A stretch of 64,000 nt of DNA from Desulfobulbaceae bacterium UBA5121. GTDB taxonomy: Bacteria > Desulfobacterota > Desulfobulbia > Desulfobulbales > UBA5123. The notes below the pieces were generated by a model. It worked only from the letters and a program-made list of their open reading frames with translations. It made no database searches and was not told where the DNA came from. The DNA lies in assembly GCA_002414225.1 (NCBI GenBank), contig DHYV01000040.1, positions 49,656-113,655 on the forward strand, in the 5' to 3' direction. The translations under genes were made by a program, and so were the position numbers. This document shows positions 36,923 to 44,213 of the stretch, one piece after another (the stretch's first letter is position 1; each line of letters starts with the position of its first letter).

Positions 36923-37969
36923 TCAGACATGGTCATGGACGACCTCAAAGGCAAGGGTCGACCGGGTCACCCGGCTGCGTCCCGTGGCGATGAAGACGAG
37001 CCACCACAGGGCCTGGAAGAAGACTATGGCCCCGGGATGCCAGAGGGAGGCGAGTCCGGCAAGGATGTCGTCCGGCTGCCGGGGCTCGTCCGGCAGCAGC
37101 AGGGTGAGCAGCCATATGTAGACAACGGCGGCCAACCCCATGAGTTGGTAGGCGGAAATCCGGCCTTCCCCCCGGTGGTCGGCCCGCAGGGTTTCGGAGG
37201 CAAAGCGCCAGAGCTGGCTGAAGGTGATGAGCAGCACGATGGTGAGGCGGTAGGCGCCGTTGAGATAGAGATGGAGGCCGGCCAGGGCACCAGCGGTGAG
37301 GACCACGCAGCTCATGGCCTGGACCGGGACCAGGGGCTCGCCGGCGAGCCCCCCCTCGTAGGCCGCCTTTTTGGTCTGACCCGAGAAGACCGTGGCGTGG
37401 CGGGCAAAGAGCCGTTGCAGGGCCGGGTGGCAGCGGCGGAGCGGCTTGCCGTAGCAACAGCCGAAGCTCAGGCAGGCGAGCCGTCCGAGCCCTTCGCCCC
37501 AGAGGTAGGCGATGGCCATGGCGGCAAGGGTCGGGGTGAGGGGCAGGGGGGGGAGTGGCAGCGGCAACAGGCCATTGGCAAAGGTGATGATCAGCGGGGC
37601 GGCGAGGATGCCGACAAAGGCGGCGCCGCCAACGGTGAAGGTGTAAGGCTTCTTCTCGACCAGGCGGGCGATGAGGCGTGAGGCGGGCAGGCAGAGGGCG
37701 AGCAGCAGGAAGGCGACCAGGAGGATACTCGTCGCCGGCACGCCGATGGCCCGCAGGAGGACGAAGAACAGGGCCACGGCCAGGGCCTGGGCGGTGGCGG
37801 TGAAGAGGCCGTAGTAGGTGTAGTTGATCCCCTGCCAGGTGCTCGGGCAGGATTTCCGGGCCGGCACGGCGGCCACGATCTGCCAGCGTTCGCAGGGCAG
37901 GGTGCGGATCCCCCAGGCGAGAAGAAGAGCGAGCAGAAGACCGGTGGAAATGACGAAGAGTTCGGCCAT
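36923..37969 (-). CDS. Lgt-family (prolipoprotein diacylglyceryl transferase-fold) membrane protein, paralogue of unknown substrate
   Basis: Start at MAELFVISTGLLLALLLAWG. GEGLGRLACLSFGCCYGKP matches the Lgt GRxGCxxxGCCYG box. About 8 TM helices. 348 aa. Confidence 0.6.
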   Translation of the reverse strand: MAELFVISTGLLLALLLAWGIRTLPCERWQIVAAVPARKSCPSTWQGINYTYYGLFTATAQALAVALFFVLLRAIGVPATSILLVAFLLLALCLPASRLIARLVEKKPYTFTVGGAAFVGILAAPLIITFANGLLPLPLPPLPLTPTLAAMAIAYLWGEGLGRLACLSFGCCYGKPLRRCHPALQRLFARHATVFSGQTKKAAYEGGLAGEPLVPVQAMSCVVLTAGALAGLHLYLNGAYRLTIVLLITFSQLWRFASETLRADHRGEGRISAYQLMGLAAVVYIWLLTLLLPDEPRQPDDILAGLASLWHPGAIVFFQALWWLVFIATGRSRVTRSTLAFEVVHDHV

Positions 37970-37991
37970 GGGGAAAGGGCTCCTGTTTGCG

Positions 37992-39014
37992 TTAGGGATG
38001 AGTGGTGGGCGGTGGCTCGCGGCGGCAGGCAAGGGGCGAGCGGACCCGGATATCGGTTTCCACCATGGTGCGTCGAAAGCCCCGGGAAAAGCGGCTGGCT
38101 GCATCGACGCGGTGCATGTTGGCGATGAGGTCCGGCGCAAAGCGGACCCGGTCGCGTTCAAAGAGGAGGATCACCGTGGAGCTGCCGGGCCGGAAGATGG
38201 CCTTCGGTTGCCCCCTGGTCACGAACATGTCGGGCAGGAGTCCCCTGGGGAACTGGTAGGCGTGGCTGCTGTAACACTGGCGGATGTCCCCGATCATCAG
38301 CGCCACCACCTCGATCATCGCCACGTGGCCGACTCCGGTGCCGCCCGGGCAGTCGGTGTCGATCACGGTCACCGTGCGGCGGTTTTTTGAAAAGGGGGTG
38401 GCCAGGGCGACGGTGGCGCTGGGGTTACAGGCATGGCAGTCGCCACCCACCAGGAAGTGGTCCTCGACGCGGCCGGCCACCGGGGTGTGGGTGTAGTGGT
38501 ACTTCTCCGGGGTGAGCCGGAAGAGGGCATAGTCGCCGTCGGCAAAGGTGTCGAGCCACTGCCGGCGCTGGTCGCCGAAGAGCTCGCTGAAGTGGAAGAA
38601 CTTTTCCTTGACGAAGAACCGGTTCTCCTCGGCAAGCGAGCCTAGCAGCACCCGGGCGTCGGCGGGACTCACCACCACGTCTGCTTCCTCCGGCATCGGG
38701 CGGCACTCCCAGTAGCGGATCTGGCGTTCGAAGATCTGCCGCGGCGTGCGGAGTGCGGCCAGCGGGGCGACGCACTCGTTGAGATCAACGCCTAAGTCGT
38801 GGAGGAAGCGGTGGTGCCGCTTCAGGCTGGCCGGCAGGTGGAGGTCGTAATGGAGAAAGCCCAGGAGGTGGGAGACGCGGCGGGAGGTGAGGGCGCGGAA
38901 GAGCCGCGGAGTGCTCTCCCGGTGGCGGTGGTAGAGGGCGGTGACGATCCGGTCGGCAAAGAGCCGCTCGGTGACCACCCGGCCGGTGTCGCGGTCGATG
39001 AACTGGTGTTCCAT
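37992..39014 (-). CDS. phosphatidylserine-decarboxylase-family (pyruvoyl) protein, divergent second copy
   Basis: SPADARV, KYHYTHTPVAGRV and IFRPGSSTVILLFE correspond to the SP.DG / YHR.H.P..G / GST boxes of PF02666-type enzymes. 340 aa with a long N-terminal extension relative to psd at 8849. Confidence 0.65.
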   Translation of the reverse strand: MEHQFIDRDTGRVVTERLFADRIVTALYHRHRESTPRLFRALTSRRVSHLLGFLHYDLHLPASLKRHHRFLHDLGVDLNECVAPLAALRTPRQIFERQIRYWECRPMPEEADVVVSPADARVLLGSLAEENRFFVKEKFFHFSELFGDQRRQWLDTFADGDYALFRLTPEKYHYTHTPVAGRVEDHFLVGGDCHACNPSATVALATPFSKNRRTVTVIDTDCPGGTGVGHVAMIEVVALMIGDIRQCYSSHAYQFPRGLLPDMFVTRGQPKAIFRPGSSTVILLFERDRVRFAPDLIANMHRVDAASRFSRGFRRTMVETDIRVRSPLACRREPPPTTHP

Positions 39015-39032
39015 GGCCTTTCTCCTTGGTTC

Positions 39033-41423
39033 CTATGGCTGCTGGCAGTGCTCCCTGATGTCTTCGGCAAGCGAGAGGACGATGAGGGCGATCATCTTGC
39101 TGGTCGCGTCAAGCGAGAGGGTGTTGTTGATCACCGCCGGTTGTTTCTCCTTGATGAAGGTCTCGAACTCCTGGCCGCCCAGGATCTGGCCCGCGACCTC
39201 CCGGAAGAAGGGGGACGCCGCTTGGCTGAGGCGAGCGGCGACATCCTCGCTGAAGAAGGCGAGCGACTCGGCGAGGTACTGCTGTCGCAGTTCCCCCCGG
39301 TAATACCGTTCCGCCGCCAGGTTGAACTCCCGGGCCGGGTGGTCGAGCGGCGTCTTGCCGCCCAGCCGGGCCAAGATGCCGCTGGTGAGTCTCCCCACCG
39401 CTGCATGTTCTGCCGGTCGGTCGAGGCGGAGTCGGAGCTTCGTGAGGGTTTCTCGTTGGTGGTCGCAGAGTTCCGGGGCCTGGGCGCTGATGAAGGCGAC
39501 CAGGGCGCGCCGGAAGTCGGCCACGTGGATGCGGAGATAGCCCGGATAGCGCTGGCTGTTGCGGCTGCTCGCGGTCAGGGCGCAGATGGATTTAAGTAGC
39601 CGGTTGCCGGTCTGCTTGCGGATATAGAAGGTGGGCAGGTCGATGGCCGCGGCAAAGAAGATCTGGCGCCGTTCGCTCTCGGTGGTGGGGTCGTCGGGGA
39701 TGTCGGCATGGGTGATCTTGCCGGCGGCGATGAGGGCAAAGGCAAAGGCGGTGATCAGCTGCTGGAGATTGGCCGCCTCGGCCAGGTCGTCGCCCAGATT
39801 GGCAAAGAGGCTGTAGTGGCGCGACTCGAAACCGCTAAAGCCCATTCGGGAATACTCTCGGGGCCGGCAGAGGAGGTAGATGGCCATCTGGGCGTCAAAG
39901 ACCCCCTGGTCGGCGAGATCCTTTTTCAACCGATCGAAGTTGCCCATGGTGCCGTCCAGCGCCGGACACTGGTTGGTGCTCAGCAGGCAAACCAGATAGT
40001 CGAGCAGCCGGAAGTCGGGAACAAAATCACCTTTGAGCCGGAACAGGGCACTTACGGCCCGGTCGAGGAGCGGCGGACCAAAGGGGGTGAGGGGATGGCG
40101 ACAGAGCTTGAGATCCGCCTTTTTCTTCCAGCGTCGCCAGATCATCCGCAGGTGGGTGAAATCGAGCTGGTGAGGGAGAAAGGCGAGAAGTTTTTCCGGG
40201 TGAAAGTCACTGAAGGCAAAGCGGTACGGCGCGCCGCTGTACGTGCCCACGAAGAGGGGCAGAAAGTGCTCGCTGATTTTGACCACCAGATCGGCGAGGT
40301 ACTTCTCCTGACTGGCGGTGAGACCGCCGCCACGGGCGCGGGAGGCGGTGAGCCGCCGGCTGCCCAGCGAGATGTGGGTGCCGTTGTTGGCCAGGCTGAT
40401 GTTGGAGGGGGTGGGCAGCACCACCAAATTCCGGGTGATGATCCCTGCCTCCTTGAGTTTGGCAACCGCGTTCAACTGGCTCCGCGACATGGTCTGGTGG
40501 CAGAGCGCCATGTAGCGGTTTTTCTCCTCGCCCCGGTCCCAGCCGGAGAGGCAGGGGCTCATGAACAGCTCGCGGTAGAAGGCGTCCGGGATGAGGGTGT
40601 TGAGCTGCTGCTGGCGCACCGGCGGGTGGGGGGCGAAGTAGATCACCGCCTCCTGGCCGGTTTCGCAGAGGCCGAACTTCCGGTTGGCATAGGAGCAGAG
40701 GAGCTGGGTGAGCAGGAAGCGTTTGCCGGTTTCGCGGGCCAGTTCCTCGCCCATGGTGCGTTTTCCGCTCTGGGCGATGACGACATGGAAGGAGAAGGTT
40801 TCGGGCGAGGTGTTGTCGTTCGAGAAGTGGGCGAGGAGAGCTTCGCCGGTCTTGCGGACCGCAAGCGGCGTGCCTGGTTCGGCGATGGCGTTGGCCAGCG
40901 AAAGTTTAAGGAGGTAGCTCACCGGCACCCGGCACCAGGGTGCCCCGTTTTTAAAGAAGAGAAAGCGGGCGCTGTCCGCCCGCGGCGGACTTGCCGGGAC
41001 GCCCTTGTCGGCGGCCAGGTCTTCCTGGAAGATGGCGGCGGCAAAGGGGGAGAGGCGGCCGGTGGGGAAGCGGACCCAGCTGTTCTCCCAGACCCTGTCG
41101 TGGTTGCTGGCGAGGAAGTCCTCCAGGGCCGAAAGGGTTCGGCGGGAGGTGTCGCCCGCGCGGGAGCGTTTGCTGACATCCTTGAAAAAGTTTGAAAACT
41201 CGATGGCCAAGGGCAAATCGGTGTTTTCCCGGTTGCCGATCACCACCGCCTGGAGTTCGTTTTCATTGCCGGCGGTGACATCCCGGTCGGTGAAGGGCAG
41301 GGCGGCGGCGAAGTCGGCGGCCGCGGTCGGGGGGAGTTCAAGAATGGTCTGGATGTCCTCGCTGGAGAGGATGGGGCTCTCCGGCGGCGCGGGATCGGCA
41401 AGGGTGCTTGAGAAATCGTACAT
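39033..41423 (-). CDS. large conserved-looking hypothetical protein (796 aa), no assignable domain
   Basis: Uninterrupted ORF with protein-like composition. No TM helix or signal peptide. Distinctive stretches VWENSWVRFP, PTPSNISLANNGTHISLGS and FHPEKLLAFLPHQLDFTHLRMIWRRWKKK. The start codon lacks a clear SD. Confidence 0.6.
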   Translation of the reverse strand: MYDFSSTLADPAPPESPILSSEDIQTILELPPTAAADFAAALPFTDRDVTAGNENELQAVVIGNRENTDLPLAIEFSNFFKDVSKRSRAGDTSRRTLSALEDFLASNHDRVWENSWVRFPTGRLSPFAAAIFQEDLAADKGVPASPPRADSARFLFFKNGAPWCRVPVSYLLKLSLANAIAEPGTPLAVRKTGEALLAHFSNDNTSPETFSFHVVIAQSGKRTMGEELARETGKRFLLTQLLCSYANRKFGLCETGQEAVIYFAPHPPVRQQQLNTLIPDAFYRELFMSPCLSGWDRGEEKNRYMALCHQTMSRSQLNAVAKLKEAGIITRNLVVLPTPSNISLANNGTHISLGSRRLTASRARGGGLTASQEKYLADLVVKISEHFLPLFVGTYSGAPYRFAFSDFHPEKLLAFLPHQLDFTHLRMIWRRWKKKADLKLCRHPLTPFGPPLLDRAVSALFRLKGDFVPDFRLLDYLVCLLSTNQCPALDGTMGNFDRLKKDLADQGVFDAQMAIYLLCRPREYSRMGFSGFESRHYSLFANLGDDLAEAANLQQLITAFAFALIAAGKITHADIPDDPTTESERRQIFFAAAIDLPTFYIRKQTGNRLLKSICALTASSRNSQRYPGYLRIHVADFRRALVAFISAQAPELCDHQRETLTKLRLRLDRPAEHAAVGRLTSGILARLGGKTPLDHPAREFNLAAERYYRGELRQQYLAESLAFFSEDVAARLSQAASPFFREVAGQILGGQEFETFIKEKQPAVINNTLSLDATSKMIALIVLSLAEDIREHCQQP

Positions 41424-41570
41424 GAACGACGCTCTGGGGCCGGCTCTTGACGGAAACGGTTCGGTCTTCGCCCTCTCTTTCTTATTGGATCATAGAGCGC
41501 CAATGTTAGCGGCGGGATAGGATTTGGTCTGGGGACGGTTAGTAATGGTTCCGGAAGGTGCCGGACGGTC

Positions 41571-42097
41571 GTGGCCTGCGGGAAACGGTCAATGGGCCGC
41601 ATCCCGCGGTTGCGGAAGCGCCTCTTCGGCCTTTTGTTGCTAGAGTATTTTACAGCATTCGGGCCAGAGGCCGCGGGTAGCGGCGACCGCATCTTTGTGG
41701 ACATTCTTCGCGCCGCTCAACAATACGGCCTTGAGGGGGCTGATTCGGCATGGCGCAAAGCCTTGTCGCAGGGGACGCGGCAGGGGGAGGGCATTCTCAA
41801 CATCATTGCTCGCCAAGGAGAGCCGGAGGCCCCGGAAACGATCACACCGACGGAAAAGCTGCTGTTACGGGAAGAGCCGTTGGCCGACTGTGGCCGTTAC
41901 GACAGGTTGCGTAAGGGGGAGGTGTCCCATGCCGCGCCATGAGTGTCGCAACCTTCCGGGCTCTCAAGCTGTACGGGATGGCTGATGTGTTTGACGAGGC
42001 AGTGGAGCAGGGAGTTCGCCGGAAACACACAATCAATGAAATACTCGCTGATCTCTGTCGCGTCGAGGAGGGGGGGGCAATTTTCGCTGCTTATTGA
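41571..42097 (+). mobile_element. IS21-family relic: C-terminal remnant of istA plus a 52-codon N-terminal remnant of istB
   Basis: ...ILNIIARQGEPEAPETITPTEKLLLREEPLADCGRYDRL resembles an IstA C-terminus. Overlapping ATG at 41939 gives MSVATFRALKLYGMADVFDEAVEQGVRRKHTINEILADLCRVEEGG, an IstB N-terminal helper motif, which then stops after a G8-9 run. No intact transposase or Walker ATPase follows. Confidence 0.6.
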
Positions 42098-42156
42098 CAG
42101 TCTGGCCAGCAAGAACTGCCGAGGACGTCGGTTCGGGGCACGAGCGGGGAGGCGGC

Positions 42157-42193
42157 GGTCAAGGCGCGTCGCATCTGGCGGCGCGCCTTGACC
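42157..42193 (-). terminator. perfect 12-bp GC-rich stem-loop 9 nt downstream of the MCP stop (no U-tract)
   Basis: ggtcaaggcgcg (42157-42168) pairs with cgcgccttgacc (42182-42193). Confidence 0.4.
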
Positions 42194-42201
42194 GCGGTGG
42201 C

Positions 42202-43974
42202 TTAGAAGTCTTCGAACTCCTCTTCGTCAAAGGGGATGACCTCTGCTGGTTTTGCCGTTGCCGACCTGTCAGCCGGTTGCGGCCGGGCAGGCGCCGAAGG
42301 CCGGGCGGTGAGGGCCTTGACGGGTTTTGCCGTTGGCCGGGGCGTAAGCTGCTTGGCCTGCGGTGCTCGGCCCGGCGTTTGCGGTTTGCGTTGCGGCCCC
42401 GCGGTCGGCGCCGATTGGGCGGGCATCTTGGCGCCGACGACCGCCGCCAGGTGGCGGACGGTTTCGTTGAGTTCGCGGGCCTGGCCCGAGAGTTCCTCGC
42501 TTGCCGAGGCGGTTTCCTCTGAAACCGAGGCGTTGGCCTGGGTGACCTTGTCCACCTGACCCACCGCGTCGTTGATCTGGGTAACTCCCAGGGCCTGTTC
42601 GTCGCTGGCCACGGCGATTTCCTGGGCGAGCTGGCTGACCTTCTTGACCCCTTCGACGATCTCGGTGAGGATTCTCTGTACCTCCTCGGCGGCGGCCACC
42701 CCGTTGTCAGCGTTGTTCTGGGACTCCTCGATGAGGCTGGCGGTTTCATGGCTCGCCTTGGCGCTCCGCTGGGCAAGAGAGCGCACCTCGTCGGCCACCA
42801 CCGCAAAACCTGCCCCCGCCTCACCGGCCCGGGCCGCCTCCACCGCCGCATTCAAGGCGAGCAGGTTGGTCTGGAAAGCGATCTGGTCGATGGTCTTGAC
42901 GATGGAGGCGGTTTCGTCCGAGGACGCCTTGATCCGGCTGATGGCCTCGCCCATCCGGGTCATGCTCTGCAGGGCGGTTTCCGCCGAACGGCGGACGGTT
43001 TCGGCCATGTTACTCGTCTGGGAGACGTTTTCGGCGTTGGACTTGGTCATCGCCGACATCTCCTCAAGCGAGGCGGAGGTTTCCTCAAGGCTGGATGCCT
43101 GGTCAGCCACCCCCTCGGCCAGGCGGTTGCTGGAGTTGGCCACCATGTTGGCCGCGTCGAGCAGGTTGGCGGCCCCGCCGGTGATGTCGCCGATGATCCG
43201 GCTGACCGGCTTGATCACCGAGTTGGCGACGATCCTGATCACCAGGGTGGCAAAAAGGGCGCCCATCACCACCAGGCCGATGAGCACCACCTGGCTCGCC
43301 TTGCCGATGGCGTCGGCGAGCTGCCGATCGGCGGCGTCCAGGGACTGGATGACTTCGAAGGCGCCGTGGATTTCCCCTTCCTTCCATCCCTCCATCCTGA
43401 CCCCGGTGGGATCGAGGCCGCGGTCGTTCCCCCACAGCTGCTGTGAGGTGTCGGGGCTGCCATGGCAGAGCAGGCAGGTCTTGGTGAGCCGCACGGCCCG
43501 GAAGTAACGGACCGCGTTGGATGCCTGGTCAACCTCGGAGTATTCGTCGAGGTTCCGTTCCATCATCATGGTGAGCACCCGGCTTTCGAACTGGTCCGGC
43601 TCGTTCTTGGGATCGCGGGGCGAAAACTTGGGTACCTTGAAGACATAACCGCCCTCGCTGGCCTTTTTCATCGCCGCCCGCCAGGCGGTGAGCACCGGTA
43701 CCGTGGCGAGCATCTTGTCGCGTTCGCCGTGGTCGGCGTACTCACGGAGCTGGGCCTGGGTAAAGACACCCAGAGCCCATTTGCCCTCCACTTCCTGGCG
43801 GGTGGCCTCGGCGGTGAGACAGATGGCGCGGGCCTTGTCGGTGAAACTCGTCAGGGTCTTCTGTCGTGCCTCCCGGCTGTACATGGAAAAGAGGATGGCC
43901 AGCAGAATGGTGGGCAGCAGGACGCCGACTGCAACGATTTTCCCGCGCAGGGCCAGTTTTTTGAGATCGATCAT
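42202..43974 (-). CDS. methyl-accepting chemotaxis protein with periplasmic haem-c (CxxCH, DUF3365/Tll0287-like) sensor domain
   Basis: Start at MIDLKKLALRGKIVAVGVLL. Sensor region TKTCLLCHGSPDTS...IHGAFEVI. MCP signalling hairpin AFQTNLLALNAAVEAARAGEAGAGFAVVADEVRSLAQRSA. Long Pro/Ala-rich tail ending EEFEDF. Confidence 0.85.
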   Translation of the reverse strand: MIDLKKLALRGKIVAVGVLLPTILLAILFSMYSREARQKTLTSFTDKARAICLTAEATRQEVEGKWALGVFTQAQLREYADHGERDKMLATVPVLTAWRAAMKKASEGGYVFKVPKFSPRDPKNEPDQFESRVLTMMMERNLDEYSEVDQASNAVRYFRAVRLTKTCLLCHGSPDTSQQLWGNDRGLDPTGVRMEGWKEGEIHGAFEVIQSLDAADRQLADAIGKASQVVLIGLVVMGALFATLVIRIVANSVIKPVSRIIGDITGGAANLLDAANMVANSSNRLAEGVADQASSLEETSASLEEMSAMTKSNAENVSQTSNMAETVRRSAETALQSMTRMGEAISRIKASSDETASIVKTIDQIAFQTNLLALNAAVEAARAGEAGAGFAVVADEVRSLAQRSAKASHETASLIEESQNNADNGVAAAEEVQRILTEIVEGVKKVSQLAQEIAVASDEQALGVTQINDAVGQVDKVTQANASVSEETASASEELSGQARELNETVRHLAAVVGAKMPAQSAPTAGPQRKPQTPGRAPQAKQLTPRPTAKPVKALTARPSAPARPQPADRSATAKPAEVIPFDEEEFEDF

Positions 43975-44180
43975 CGGGATGTTCCTCGGGAGAGGTGGAT
44001 GATAGTGGCGGTGGGATGTACGCAGAAGAGAGATGTGCTCGGGGAGGAGCATTCCGACGGAACGGCGGGGACATTCGTCGGAACCGCGCCGTGCGGGGTC
44101 GCCGACCCGGCTGGAGCGATTCCAGCATCAAATGTATATCATGTATACATAACGTTTTTCAGACTTTTTGGCAATAGCCC

Positions 44181-44212
44181 GCGCCGCCGCTGCGGGGCGT
44201 CAGCGGCGGCGC
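44181..44212 (-). terminator. perfect 12-bp GC stem-loop abutting the coaBC stop (no U-tract)
   Basis: gcgccgccgctg (44181-44192) pairs with cagcggcggcgc (44201-44212), 1 nt from the stop codon. Confidence 0.4.
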
Positions 44213-44213
44213 T

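Noticed and set aside
41943-42191. 82-aa track ORF (GTG start) overlapping the IstB-like fragment
   Set aside because: It is the +1 frame of the IstB remnant and continues into Arg/Gly-rich sequence overlapping the MCP terminator hairpin. It has no protein-like features.
8643-44212. Whether the perfect 12-13-bp GC-rich stem-loops after ilvN (8643), leuA (12101), the MCP gene (42157) and coaBC (44181) are copies of a REP/MITE-like repeat family
   Set aside because: Their stem sequences (gccgggggagcg, ggcatcggcaag, ggtcaaggcgcg, gcgccgccgctg) share no similarity. They are independent gene-end hairpins, probably U-tract-less terminators or mRNA stabilisers, and not a dispersed repeat.
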